From the human T2T-CHM13v2.0 reference genome, Homo sapiens, in NCBI RefSeq assembly GCF_009914755.1, contig NC_060933.1: a DNA stretch of 64,000 bases. The stretch is one strand, 5' to 3'. Position numbers and translations under genes: made by a program. Under the pieces are notes generated by a model. The model had not been told where the DNA came from and did no database searches. It saw nothing but the letters and a program-made list of their open reading frames with translations. This document shows positions 41,401-57,000 of this stretch, piece by piece; positions within the stretch are counted from its first letter, which is position 1; each line of letters starts with the position of its first letter.

Positions 41401-44400
41401 ATTCCATTCCATTCCATTCCATTCCATTCCATTCCATTCCTTTCCGTTCCATTCCATGGCATTCCATTCCATTCCGTTCCATTCCATTCCGTTCCGTTCC
41501 GTTCCATTCCATTCCATTCCATTCTATTCGGGTTAATTCCATTCCATTCCATTCGATTGCAATCGAGTTGATTCCATTCCATTCCATTCCATTCCATTCC
41601 ATTCCATTCCTTTCCATTCCATTACGTATGATTCCATTCCATTGCATTCCATTCCATTCCATTCCCCTGTACTCGGGTTCATTCCATTCCATTCCATTCC
41701 AATCCATGCCATTCCACTCGTGTTGATTCCATTCTATCCATTCCATTCAAGTTGAATCCATTCCATTGCATTCCATTCCATTCCATTCCCCTGCAGTCGG
41801 GTTGATTCCATTCCATTCCATTCAATTCCATTCCATTCCATTCCATTCGGTTCCGTTCCGTTCCGTTCCATTCCATTCCATTCCATTCTATTCGGGTTAA
41901 TTCCATTCCATTCCATTCCATTCCATTCCATTCCAATCGAGTTGATTCCATTCCATTCCATTCCATTCCATTCCACTCCATTCCAGTCCTTTCCATTCCA
42001 TTCCACTCGGGTTGATTCCAATGTATTCCTTTCCATTCCATTCCATTCCATTGCAATCGAGTTGATTCCATTGCTTTGCATTCCATTCCATTCCATTTGA
42101 TTCCGGATGATTCCATTCCATTGCATTCCATTCCATTCCATTCCCCTGCACTCGGGTTGATTCCATTCCATTCCACTCCATTCCGTTCCACTCCATTCCA
42201 TTCCATTGTATTCGGGTTAATTCCATTCCATTCCATTCCATTCCATTCCATTCCATTCCATTACAATCGAGTTGATTCCATTCAATTCCATTCCATTCCA
42301 TTCCATTCCAGTCCTTTCCATTCCATTCCACTCGGGTTGATTCCATTCTATTAGTTTCCATTCCATTCCATTCCCTTCCATTCCACTCTAGTTGATTCCA
42401 TTCCTTTCCATTCCACTCGAATACATTCCCTCCTATTCCACTCGGAACGATTCCAATCCATTCCATTCCATTCCATTCCATTCCATTCCATTCCATTTCG
42501 TTCCATTCCATTCTATTCCGTATCATTCCATTCCATTCCATTCCATTCCACTCGTGTTGATTCCTTTCATTTCCATTCCATTCGGTTTGAAGGCATTCCA
42601 TTCCATTCCATTCCATTCCATTCCATTCCATTCCATTCCATTCCATTGTACTCGGGTTGATTGCATTCCATTGCATTCCATTCCATTCTATTCCGTTGCA
42701 TTCCATTCCATTACATTCGGATTGATTCTATTCAACTCCCTTACTCTCCATTACATTCCATTCCATTCGGGTTGTTCCATTCCATTCCATTCCATTTCAC
42801 TCCATTCCATTGCACTCGGGTTGATTCCATTCCATTCCATTCCATTCCATTCCATTCCATTCCGGATGATTCCATTCCATTGCATTCCATTCCATTCCAT
42901 TCCCCTGCACTCGCGTTGATTCCATTCCATTCCATTCCATTCCATTCCACTCCATTCCTTTCCGTTCCATTCCATTGCATTCCATTCCGTTCCGTTCCGT
43001 TCCGTTCCGTTCCATTCCATTCCATTCCATTCTATTCGGGTTAATTCCATTCCATTCCATTCGACTGCAATCGAGTTGATTCCATTCCATTTCATTCCAT
43101 TCCATTCCCTTCCATTCCATTCCATTCCTTTCCATTCCATTACGGATGATTGCATTCCATTGCATTCCATTCCACTCCATTCCCCTGTACTCGAGTTGAT
43201 TCCATTCCATTGCATTCCAATCCATGCCCTTCCACTCGTGTTGATTCAATTCTTTCCATTCCATTCAAGTTGAATCCATTCCATTGCATTCCATTCCATT
43301 CGATTCCATTCGATTGCACTCGGGTTGATTCCATTCCATTCCATTCCATTCCATTCCGTTCCATTCCATTCCATTACATTGGGATTGATTCTATTCAATT
43401 CCCTTACACTCCATTACATTCCATTCCATTCGGGTAGTTCCCATTCCATACCATTCCATTCCTCTCCATTCCATTGCACTCGGGTTGATTCCATTCCATT
43501 GCATTCCATTCCATTCCATTCAATTCCATTCCGTTCCATTCCATTCCATTACATTCGGATTGACTCTATTCAACTCCCTTACTCTCCTTTACATTCCATT
43601 CCATTCGGGTTGTTCCATTCCATTCTATTCCATTCCACTCCATTCCATTGCACTCGGGTTTATTCCATTCCATTCCATTCCATTCCATTCCATTCCGGAA
43701 GCTTCCATTCCATTGCATTCCATTCCATTCCATTCCCCTGCACTCGCGTTGATTCCATTCCATTCCATTCCATTCCATTCCATTCCATTCCATTCCTTTC
43801 CGTTCCATTCCATTCCATTCCATTCCATTCCGTTCCGTTCCGTTCCGTTCAATTCCACTCCATTCCATTCTATTCGGGTTAATTCTATTCCATTCCATTC
43901 CATTCCATTCCATTCCATTCCATTCCATTACAATCGAGTTGATTCCATTCCATTCCATTCCATTCCATTCCATTCCAGTCCTTTCCATTCCATTCCACTC
44001 GGGTTGATTCCATTCTATTAGTTTCCATTCCATTCCATTCCCTTCCATTCCACTCTTTTTGATTCCATTCCTTTCCATTCCACTCGAATACATTCCCTCC
44101 TATTCCACTCGGAACGATTCCATTCCATTCCATTCCATTCCATTCCATTCCATTCCATTCCAGTTCGTTCCATTCCATTCTATTCCGTACCATTCCATTC
44201 CATTCCTTTCCTTTCCATTCCATTCCTTTCCACTCGTGTTGATTCCATTCCTTTCCATTCCTTTCGGTTTGAAGGCATTCCATTCCATTCCATTCCATTC
44301 CATTCCATTCCTTTCCATTCCTTTCCATTCCATTACGGATGATTCCATTCCATTGCATTCCATTGCATTCCATTCCCCTGTACTTGGGTTGATTCCATTC

Positions 44401-45932
44401 CATTCCATTCAAATCCATGCCATTCCACTCGTGTTGATTCCATTCTTTGCATTCCATTCAAGTTGAATCCATTCCATTGCATTCCATTCCATTCCATTCC
44501 CCTGCAGTCGGGTTGATTCCATTCCATTCCATTCCATTCCATTCCATTCCATTCCATTCCATTCCGTTCCATTCCGTTCCGTTCCATTCCATTCCTTTCC
44601 ATTCTATTCGGGTTAATTCCATTCCATTCCATTCCATTCCATTCCATTCCAATCGAGTTGATTCCATTCCATTCCATTCCATTCCATTCCATTCCATTGC
44701 ATTCCATTCCATGCCATTCCACTCGGGTTGATTCCATTCCTTTGCATTCCATTCCATTCCATTGCATTCCATTCCATTCCATTCCGTTGCATTCCATTCC
44801 ATTACATTCGGATTGATTCTATTCAACTCCCTTACTCTCCATTACATTCCATTCCATTCGGGTTGTTCCATTCCATTCCATTCCATTCCACTCCATTCCA
44901 TTGCACTCGGGTTGATTCCATTCCATTCCATTCCATTCCATTCCGGATGATTCCATTCCATTGCATTCCGTTCCATTACATTCCCCTGCACTCGCGTTGA
45001 TTCCATTCCATTCCATTCCATTCCATTCAATTCCATTCCATTACAATTCGTTCCATTCCAATCTATTCCGTACGATTCCATTCCATTCCATACCATTCCA
45101 TTCCATTCCATTCCATTCCATTCCATTCCATTCCATTCCGTTCCGTTCCATTCCGTTCCATTCCATTCCATTCCATTCTATTCGGGTTAATTCCATTCCA
45201 TTCCATTCCATCCCATTCTATTACATTCCATTGCAATCGAGTTGAATCCATTGCATTTCATTCCATTCCATTCCATTCCATTCCATTCTATTCCGGAAGA
45301 TTCCATTCCATTGCATTCCATTCCTTTCCATTCCCCTGCACTCGCGTTGATTCCATTCCATTCCATTCCATTCCATTCCATTCCATTCCGTTCCGTTCCA
45401 TTCCATTCCATTCCATTCCATTCCATTCCGTTCCGTTCCATTCCATTCCATTCCATTCTATTCGGGTTAATTCTATTCCATTCCATTCGATTGCAATCGT
45501 GTTGATTCCATTCCATTCCATTCCATTCCATTCCTTTCCATTCCATTACGGATGATTCCATTCCATTGCATTCCATTCCATTACATTCCCCTGTACTCGG
45601 GTTGATTCCATTCCATTGCATTCCAATCCATGCCCTTCCACTCGTGTTGATTCCATTCTTTCCATTCCATTCAAGTTGAATCCATTCCATTGCATTCCAT
45701 TCCATTCGATTCCATTCGATTGCACTCGGGTTGATTCCATTCCATTGCATTCCATTCCATTCCATTCCATTCCATTCCATTCCGTTCCATTCCATTCCAT
45801 TATATTCGGATTGATTCTATTCAATTCCCTTGCACTCCATTACATTCGATTGCATTCGGGTTGTTCCATTCCATTCCATTCCATTCCACTCCATTCCATT
45901 GCACTCGGGTTGATTCCATTACTTTCCATTCC

Positions 45933-45972
45933 ATTCCGGAAGATTCCATTCCATTCCATTCCGGAAGATTCC
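45933..45972 (-). promoter_or_regulatory. Two HSE matches 25 bp apart (ATTCCGGAAGATTCC x2); function untested
   Basis: ATTCCGGAAGATTCC at 45933-45947 and 45958-45972, in the same pentamer register. Confidence 0.4.
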
Positions 45973-47795
45973 ATTCCATTCCATTCCATTACATTCCGTT
46001 CCGTTCCATTCCATTCCATTCCATTCCGTTCCGTTCCATTCCATTCCATTCCATTCTATTCGGGTTAATTCCATTCCATTCCATTCCATTGCAATCGTGT
46101 TGATTCCATTCCATTCCATTCCATTCCATTCCATTCCATTCAATTCCATTCCGTTCCATTCCATTCCATTACATTCGGATTGATTCTATTCAACTCCCTT
46201 ACTCTCCATTACATTCCATTCCATTCGGGTTGTTCCATTCCATTCCATTCCATTCCACTCCATTCCATTGCACTCGGGTTGATTCCATTCCATTCCATTC
46301 CATTCCATTCCATTCCACTCCGGAAGATTCCATTCCATTGCATTCCATTCCATTCCATTCCCCTGCACTCGCGTTGATTCCACTCCATTCCATTCCATTC
46401 CATTCCATTCCATTCCATTCCATTCCATTCCTTTCCGTTCCATTCCATTCCATTCCATTCCATTCCATTCCGTTCCGTTCCGTTCCGTTCCATTCTATTC
46501 CATTCCATTCTATTCGGTTTGATTCCATTCCATTCCATTCGATTGCAATCGAGTTGATTCCATTCCATTCCATTCCATTCCATTCCATTCCTTTCCATTC
46601 CATTCCGGAAGATTCCATTTCATTGCATTCCATTCCATTCCATTCCCCTGTACTCGGGTTGATTCCATTCCATTCCATTCCATTCCATTCTATTCCATTC
46701 CATTCCATTCCATTCCGGAAGATTCCATTCCATTGCATTCCATTCCATTCCATTCCCCTGCACTCGCGTTGATTCCATTCCATTCAATTCCATTCCATTC
46801 CATTCCATTCCATTCCGATCCGTTCCGTTCCATTCCATTCCATTCCATTCCATTCCGTTCCATTCCATTCCATTCCATTCCATTCCATTCTATTCGGGTT
46901 AATTCCATTCCATTCCATTCAATTGCAATCGAGTTGATTCCATTCCATTCCATTCCATTCCTTTCCATTACATTACGGATGATTCCATTCCATTTCATTC
47001 CATTCCATTCCATTCCCCTGTACTCGGGTTGATTCCATTCCATTCCATTCCAATCCATGCCATTCCACTCGTGTTGATTCCATTCTTTCCATTCCATTCA
47101 AGTTGAGTCCATTCCATTGCATTCCATTCCATTCGATTCCATTCGATTGCACTCGGGTTGATTCCATGGCATTGCATTCCATTCCATTCCATTCCATTCC
47201 ATTCCATTCCATTCCATTCCTTTCCATTCCATTCCATTCCTTTCCATTCCATTCCATTCCATTCCATTCGGATTCATTCTATTCAATTCCCTTACACTCC
47301 ATTACATTCCATTCCATTCGTGTAGTTTCCATTCCATTCCATTCCATTCCTCTCCATTCCATTGCACTCGGGTTGATTCCATTCCATTCCATTCCATTCC
47401 ATTCCATTCCATTCCATTCCATTCCGGATGATTCCATTCCATTGAATTCCATTCCATTCCATTCCCCTGCACTTGGGTTGATTCCATTCCATTCCATTCC
47501 ATTCCTTTCTGTTCCATTCCATTCCATTCCATTCCATTCTATTCGTGTTAATTCCGTTCCATTCTGTTCCATTCCATTCCATTGAAATCGAGTTGATTCC
47601 ATTCCATTCCATTCCATTCCATTCCATTCCATTCCATTCCATTCCGGATGATTTCATTCCATTGCATTCCATTCCATTCCATTCCCCTGCACTCGGGTTG
47701 ATTCCATTCCATTCCATTCCATTCCATTCCATTCCATTCCCCTGCAGTCGGGTTGATTCCATTCCATTCCATTCCATTCCATTCCATTCCATTCC

Positions 47796-47925
47796 ATTCT
47801 ATTCGGGTTAATTCCATTCCATTCCATTCTATTCGGGTTAATTCCATTCCATTCCATTCCATTCCATTCTATTCGGGTTAATTCCATTCCATTCCATTCC
47901 ATTCCATTCTATTCGGGTTAATTCC
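47796..47925 (-). repeat. Four tandem copies of ATTCTATTCGGGTTAATTCC spaced 30, 40 and 40 bp
   Basis: ATTCGGGTTA at 47801, 47831, 47871 and 47911, separated only by ATTCC pentamers. Confidence 0.9.
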
Positions 47926-50219
47926 ATTCCATTCCATTCCATTCCATTCCATTCTATTCCATTCCATTGCAATCGAGTTGAATCCATTGCATTTCATTCC
48001 ATTCCATTCCATTCCATTCCGGAAGATTCCATTCCATTGCATTCCATTCCATTCCACTCCCCTGCACTCGCGTTGATTCCATTCCATTCCATTCCATTCC
48101 ATTCCATTCCATTCCGTTCCGTTCCGTTCCGTTCCATACCATTCCATTCCATTCCATTCCGTTCCGTTCCATTCCATTCCATTCCATTCCATTCTATTCG
48201 GGTTAATTCCATTCCATTCCATTCGATTGCAATCGTGTTGATTCCATTCCATTCCATTCCATTCCATTCCATTCCATTCCATTCCTTTCCATTCCATTAC
48301 GGATGATTCCATTCCATTGCATGCCATTCCATTCCATTCCCCTGTACTCGGGTTGATTCCATTCCATTGCATTCCAATCCATGCACTTCCACTCGTGTTG
48401 ATTCCATTCTTTCCATTCCGTTCAAGTTGAATCCATTCCATTGCATTCCATTCCATTCGATTCCATTCGATTTCACTCGGGTTGATTCCATGCCATTGCA
48501 TTCCATTCCATTCCGTTCCATTCCATTCCGTTCCATTCCATTCCATTCCATTCCATTCGGATTGATTCTATTCAACTCCCTTACTCTCCATTACATTCCA
48601 TTCCATTCGGGTTGTTCCATTCCATTCCATTCCATTCCACTCCATTCCATTGGACTCGGGTTGATTCCATTCCATTCCATTCCATTCCATTCCATTCCAT
48701 TCCATTCCGGAAGATTCCATTCCATTGCATTCCATTCCATTCCATTCCCCTGCACTCGCGTTGATTCCATTCTATTCCATTCTATTCCATTCCATTCCCT
48801 TCCTTTCCGTTCCATTCCGTTCCATTCCGTTCCGTTCCGTTCCATTCCATTCCATTTCATTCTATTCGGGTTAATTCCATTCCATTCCATTCGATTGCAA
48901 TCGAGTTGATTCCATTCCATTCCATTCCATTCCATTCCATTCCATTCCATTCCATTCCATTCCTTTCCATTCCATTACGGATGATTCCATTCCATTGCAT
49001 TCCATTCCATTCCATTCCCCTGTACTCGGGTTGATTCCATTCTTTCCATTCCATTCTAGTTGAATCCATTCCATTGCATTCCATTCCATTCGATTCCATT
49101 CGATTGCACTCGGGTTGATTCCATTCCATTGCATTCCATTCCATTCCATTCCATTCCATTCCATTCCATTCCATTCCGTTCCATTCCATTCCATTACATT
49201 CGGATTGATTCTATTCAACTCCCTTACTCTCCATTACATTCGATTCCATTCAGGTTGTTCCATTCCATTCCATTTCATTCCACTCCATTCCATTGCACTC
49301 GGGTTGATTCCATTACATTCCATTCCATTCCGGAAGATTCCATTCCATTGCATTCCATTACATTCCATTCCCCTGCACTCGCGTTGATTCCATTCCTTTC
49401 CATTCCATTCCATTCCATTCCATTCCGTTCCGTTCCATTCCATTCCATTCCATTCCATTCCATTCCGTTCCGTTCCATTCCATTCCATTCCATTCTATTC
49501 GGGTTAATTCCATTCCATTCCATTCCATTGCAATCGTGTTGATTCCATTCCATTCCATTCCATTCCATTCCATTCAATTCCATTCCGTTCCATTCCATTC
49601 CATTCTATTCGGGTTAATTCCATTCCATTCCATTCCATTCCATTCCATTCTATTCCATTCCATTGCAATCGATTTGAATCCATTGCATTCCATTCCATTC
49701 CGGAAGATTCCATTCCATTGCATTCCATTACATTCCATTCCCCTGCACTCGTGTTGATTCCATTCCATTCCATTCCATTCGGATTCATTCTATTCAATTC
49801 CCTTACACTCCATTACATTCCATTCGATTCGTGTGGTTTCCATTCCATTCCATTCCATTCCTCTCCATTCCATTGCACTCGGGTTGATTCCATTCCATTC
49901 CATTCCATTCCATTCCATTCCACTCCATTCCAGTCCTTTCCATTCCATTCCACTCGGGTTGATTCCAATGTATTCCTTTCCATTCCTTTCCATTCCACTG
50001 CAATCGAGTTGATTCCATTGCTTTGCATTCCATTCCATTCCATTCCATTCAGATTGATTCTATTCAATTCCCTTACACTCCATTACATTCCATTCCATTC
50101 GGGTAGTTTCCATTCCATTCCATTCCATTCCTCTCCATTCCGTTGAACTCGGGTTGATTCCATTCCATGCATTCCATTCCATTCCATTCAATTCCATTCC
50201 GTTCCATTCCATTCCATTA

Positions 50220-53200
50220 CATTCGGATTGATTCTATTCAACTCCCTTACTCTCCATTACATTCCATTCAATTCGGGTTGTTCCATTCCATTCCATTCCA
50301 TTCCACTCCATTCCATTGCACTCGGGTTGATTCCATTCCATTCCATACCATTCCATTCCATTCCGGAAGATTCCATTCCATTGCATTCCATTCCATTCCA
50401 TTCCCCTGCACTCGCGTTGATTCCTTTCCATTCCATTCCTTTCCATTCCATTCCGTTCCGTTCCGTTCCATTCCATTCCATTCCATTCCATTCCGTTCCG
50501 TTCCATTCCATTCCATTCCATTCTATTTGCGTTAATTCCATTCCATTCCATTCGATTGCAATCGAGTTGATTCCATTCCATTCCATTCCATTCCATTCCA
50601 TTCCATTCCATTCCATTCCTTTCCATTCCATTACGGATGATTCCATTCCATTGCATTCCATTCCATTCCATTCCCCTGTACTCGGGTTGATTCCATTCCA
50701 TTCCATTCCAATCCATGCCATTCCACTCGTGTTGATTCCATTCTTTCCATTCCATTCAAGTTGAATCCATTCCATTGCATTGCATTCCATTCGATTCCAT
50801 TCGATTGCACTCGGGTTGATTCCATTCCATTCCATTCCATTCCATTCCGTTCCATTCCATTCCATTACATTCGGATTGATTCTATTCAATTCCTTACACT
50901 CCATTACATTCCATTCCATTCGGGTAGTTTCCATTCCATTCCATTCCATTCCTCTCCATTCCATTGCACTCGGGTTGATTCCATTCCATTGCATTCCATT
51001 CCATTCCATTCAATTCCATTCCGTTCCATTCCATTCCATTACATTCGGAATGATTCTATTCAACTCCTTTACTCTGCATTACATTCCATTCCATTCGGGT
51101 TGTTCCATTCCATTCCATTCCATTCCACTCCATTCCATTGCACTCGGGTTGATTCCATTCCATTCCATTCCATTCCATTCCGGAAGATTCCATTCCATTG
51201 CATTCCATTCTATTCCATTCCCCTGCACTCGCGTTGATTCCATTCCATTCCATTCCATTCCATTCCGTTCCATTCCATTCCTTTCCGTTCCATTCCATTC
51301 CATTCCATTCCATTCCATTCCGTTCCGTTCCGTTCCATTCCATTCCATTCCATTCTATTTGGGTTAATTCCATTCCATTCCATTCGATTGCAATCGAGTT
51401 GATTCCATTCCATTCCATTCCATTCCATTCCATTCCATTCCATTCCATTCCTTTCCATTCCATTACGGATGTTTCCATTCCATTGCATTCCATTCCATTC
51501 CATTCCCCTGTACTCGGGTTGATTCCATTCCATTCCATTCCAATCCATGCCATTCTACTCGTGTTGATTCCATTCTTTCCATTCCATTCAAGTTGAATCC
51601 ATTCCATTTCATTCCATTCCATTCCATTCCCCTGCAGTCGGGTTGATTCCATTCCATTCCATTCCATTCCATTCCATTCCATTCCATTCCGTTCCGTTCC
51701 ATTTAATTCCATTCCATTCTATTCGGGTTAATTCCATTCCATTCCATTCCATTCCATTCCATTCCATTCCATTGCAATCAGTTGATTCCATTGCATTCCA
51801 TTGCATTCCATTCCATTCCATTCCATTCCGTTCCGTTCCGTTCCATTCCATTCTATTCCATTCCATTCCATTCTATTCGGGTTAATTCCATTCCATTCCA
51901 TTCGATTGCAATAGAGTTGATTCCATTCCATTCCATTCCATTCCATTCCTTTCCATTACATTACGGATGATTCCATACCATTTCATTCCATTCCATTCCA
52001 TTCCCCTGTACTCGGGTTGATTCCATTCCATTCCATTCCATTCCATGCCATTCCACTCGTGTTGATTCCATTCTTTCCATTCCATTCAAGTTGAATCCAT
52101 TCCATTGCATTCCATTCCATTCGATTCCATTCGATTGCACTCGGGTTGATTCCATGGCATTGCATTCCATTCCATTCCATTCCATTCCATTCTATTCCAT
52201 TCCTTTCCATTCCATTCCATTCGGATTCATTCTATTCAATTCCCTTACACTCCATTACATTCCATTCGATTCGGGTAGTTTCCATTCCATTCCATTCCAT
52301 TCCTCTCCATTCCATTGCACTAGGGTTGATTCCATTCCATTCCATTCCATTCCATTCCATTCCGTTCCATTCCATTCCATTACATTCGGATTGATTCTAT
52401 TCAACTCCCTTACTCTCCATTACATTCCATTCCATTCGGGTTGCTCCATTCCATTCCATTCCATTCCACTCCATTCCATTGCACTCGGGTTGATTCCATT
52501 CCATTCCATTCCATTCCATTCCATTCCATTCCGGAAGATTCCATTCCATTGCATTCCATTCCATTCCATTCCCCTGCACTCGCGTTGATTCCTTTCCATT
52601 CCATTCCTTTCCATTCCATTCCGTTCCGTTCCGTTCCATTCCATTCCATTCCATTCCATTCCGTTCCGTTCCATTCCATTCCATTCCATTCTATTTGCGT
52701 TAATTCCATTCCATTCCATTCGATTGCAATCGAGTTGATTCCATTCCATTCCATTCCATTCCATTCCATTCCATTCCATTCGTTTCCATTCCATTACGGA
52801 TGATTCCATTCCATTGCATTCCATTCCATTCCATTCCCCTGTACTCGGGTTGATTCCATTCCATTCCATTCCAATCCATGCCATTCCACTCGTGTTGATT
52901 CCATTCTTTCCATTCCATTGAAGTTGAATCCATTCCATTGCATTGCATTCCATTCGATTCCATTCGATTGCACTCGGGTTGATTCCATTCCATTCCATTC
53001 CATTCCATTCCGTTCCATTCCATTCCATTACATTCGGATTGATTCTATTCAATTCCTTACACTCCATTACATTCCATTCCATTCGGGTAGTTTCCATTCC
53101 ATTCCATTCCATTCCTCTCCATTCCATTGCACTCGGGTTGATTCCATTCCATTGCATTCCATTCCATTCCATTCAATTCCATTCCGTTCCATTCCATTCC

Positions 53201-54050
53201 ATTACATTCGGAATGATTCTATTCAACTCCTTTACTCTGCATTACATTCCATTCCATTCGGGTTGTTCCATTCCATTCCATTCCATTCCACTCCATTCCA
53301 TTGCACTCGGGTTGATTCCATTCCATTCCATTCCATTCCATTCCGGAAGATTCCATTCCATTGCATTCCATTCTATTCCATTCCCCTGCACTCGCGTTGA
53401 TTCCATTCCATTCCATTCCATTCCATTCCGTTCCATTCCATTCCTTTCCGTTCCATTCCATTCCATTCCATTCCATTCCATTCCGTTCCGTTCCGTTCCA
53501 TTCCATTCCATTCCATTCTATTTGGGTTAATTCCATTCCATTCCATTCGATTGCAATCGAGTTGATTCCATTCCATTCCATTCCATTCCATTCCATTCCA
53601 TTCCTTTCCATTCCATTACGGATGATTCCATTCCATTGCATTCCATTCCATTCCATTCCCCTGTACTCGGGTTAATTCCATTCCATTCCATTCCAATCCA
53701 TGCCATTCTACTCGTGTTGATTCCATTCTTTCCATTCCATTCAAGTTGAATCCATTCCATTGCATTCCATTCCATTCCATTCCCCTGCAGTCGGGTTGAT
53801 TGCATTCCATTCCATTCCATTCCATTCCATTCCATTCCATTCCATTCCGTTCCGTTCCATTTAATTCCATTCCATTCTATTCGGGTTAATTCCATTCCAT
53901 TCCATTCCATTCCATTCCATTCCATTCCATTCCATTGCAATCAGTTGATTCCATTGCATTCCATTGCATTCCATTCCATTCCATTCCATTCCGTTCCGTT
54001 CCGTTCCATTCCATTCTATTCCATTCCATTCCATTCTATTCGGGTTAATT
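50220..54050 (-). repeat. Recent tandem duplication, period ~2,163 bp (copies start ~50220 and ~52380)
   Basis: ORFs 50780..51367 and 52943..53530 translate identically (offset 2,163). Shared private variants CTATTTGCGTTAA (50523/52691), AATTCCTTACAC, CGGAATGATTCT, CCTTTACTCTGC, CTATTTGGGTTAA, GCAATCAGTTG (51774/53937). Confidence 0.9.
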
Positions 54051-57000
54051 CCATTCCATTCCATTCCAATCCATGCCATTCTACTCGTGTTGATTCCATT
54101 CTTTCCATTCCATTCAAGTTGAATCCATTCCATTGCATTCCATTCCATTCCATTCCCCTGCAGTCGGGTTGATTGCATTCCATTCCATTCCATTCCATTC
54201 CATTCCATTCCATTCCATTCCGGATGATTCCTTTCCATTGTATTCCATTCCATTCCATTCCCCTGCACTTGGGTTGATTCCATTCCATTCCATTCCATTC
54301 CTTTCTGTTCCATTCAATTCCATTCCTTTCCATTCTATTCGTGTTAATTCCATTCCATTCTATTCCATTCCATTTCCATTGTAATCGAGTTGATTCCATT
54401 CCATTCCATTCCATTCCATTCCATTCCGGATGATTGCATTCCTTTGCATTCCATTCCATTCCATTCCCCTGCACTCGGGTTGATTCCATTCCATTCCATT
54501 CCATTACATTCCATTCCATTCCGTTCCATTTCATTCTATTCGGGTTAATTCCATTCCATTCCATTCCATTCCACTCCATTCCAGTCCTTTCCATTCCATT
54601 CCACTCGGGATGATTCCATTCTATTCCTTTCTATTCCATTCCATTCCATTGCAATCGAGTTGATTCCATTCGAGTTGAATCCATTCCATTCCATTCCATT
54701 CCATTCCATTGCACACGGGTTCATTCCATTCCATTCCATTCCATTCCATTCTATTCCATTTCATTCCATTCCATTCTATTCCGTACCATTCCATTCCATC
54801 CCATTCCATTCCGTTCCATTCCATGCCATTACACTCGGGTTGATTCCATTCCTTTCCATTCCATTCTTGTTGAATCCATTCCATTCCATTCCATTCCATT
54901 CGAATCCATTCCATTGCACTCAGGTTGATTCCATTCCATTCCATTCCATTCCATTCCATTTCATTCCATTCCATTCCATTACATTCGGATTGATTCTATT
55001 CAATTCCCTTACACTCCATTACATTCCATTCCATTCGGGATGTTTCCATTCCATTCCATTCCATTGCACTCCATTCCATTGCATCAGGTTGATTGCATTC
55101 CATTCCATTCCATTCCATTCCGGATGATTCCATTCCATTGCATTCCATTCCATTCCATTCCCCTGCACTCGGGTTGATTCCATTCCATTCCATTCCATTC
55201 CATTCCATTCCATTTCATTCCGTTCCATTCCATTCCATTCCATTCTATTCCGGTTAATTCCACTCCATTCCAATCGATTCCATTCCATTCCATTCCATTC
55301 CATTGCAATCGAGTTGATTCCATTCCATTCCATTCCATTCCGTTCCGGATGATTCCATTCCATTCCATTCCATTCCATTCCATTCCATTCCCCTGCAGTC
55401 GGGTTGATTCCATTCCATTCCATTCCATTCCATTCCATTCCATTCTGTTCCATTCCATTCCATTCCATTCTATTCCGTACCATTCCATTCCATTCCTTTC
55501 CATTCCATTCCTTTCCACTCGTGTTGATTCCATTCCTTTCCATTCCATTCGGTTTGAAGGTATTCCATTCCATTCAATTCCATTCCTTTCCATTCCATTC
55601 CATTCCATTCTATTCCATTCCATTGCGATCGAGTTGAATCCATTGCCTTTCATTCCATTCCATTCCTTTGCATTCCATTCCGGAAGATTCCATTCGAATG
55701 CATTCCATTCCATTCCATTCCCCTGCACTCGCGTTGATTCCATTCCATTCCATTCCGTTCCATTCCGTTCCGTTCCATTCCATTCCATTCCATTCCATTC
55801 CATTCCGTTCCGTTCCATTCCATTCCTTTCCATTCTATTCGGGTTAATTCCATTCCATTCCATTCGATTGCCATCAAGTTGATTCCATTCCATTCCATTC
55901 CATTCCATTCCATTCCATTCCTTTCCATTCCATTACGGATGACTCCATTCCATTGCATTCCATTCCATTCCATTCCCCTGTACTCGGGTTGATTCCATTC
56001 CATTCCATTCCACTCCATTCGGTTCCGTTGCATTCCATTCTATTGCATTCCATTCTATTCGGGTTAATTCCATTCCATTCTATTCCATTCCATTCCATTC
56101 CATTCCATTGCAATGGAGTTGATTCCATTCCATTCCATTCCATTCCGGATGATTCCATTCCATTGCATTCCATTCCATTCCATTCCCCTGCACTCGTGTT
56201 GATTCCATTTCCTTCCATTCCATTCCATTCCGTTCCATTCCATTCCATTCCATTCTATTCCGGTTAATTCCATTCCATTCCATTCCATTCCATTCCATTC
56301 CATTCCATTCCATTGCAATCGAGTTGATTCCATTCCATTCCTTTCCATTACATTCCATTGCCTTGCATTCCACTCGGGTTGATTCCATTCCCTTCTTTTC
56401 ACTCCATTACATTCCCTTCCATTCCACTCGGAATGATTGATTCCATTCCATTCCATTCCATTTCATTCCATTGCAATCCATTCCAATCCATTCCATTCCA
56501 TTCCATTCCACTCGAGTTGACTTCATTCCATTCCTTTCCATTCCATTCCATTCCTTTCCACTCGAGTTGATTCCATTCCATTCCATTCCATTGCATTCAA
56601 TTCCATGCCATTCCACTCGGGTTGATTCCATTCCATTCCATTCCATTCCATTCAATTCCATTCCATTACAATTCGTTCCATTCCATTCTATTCCATACCA
56701 TTCTATTCCATTCCATACCATTCCATTCCATTCCATTCCATTCCATTCCATTCCATTCCGTTCCATTCCGTTCCATTCCGTTCCATTCCATTCCATTCTA
56801 TTCGGGTTAATTCCATTCCATTCCTTTCCATTCCATTCTATTCCATTCCATTGCAATCGAGTTGAATCCATTGCATTTCATTCCATTCCATTCCATTCCA
56901 TTCCATTCCGGAAGATTCCATTCCATTGCATTCCATTCCATTCCATTCCCCTGCACTCGCGTTGATTCCATTCCATTCCATTCCATTCCATTCCATTCCG

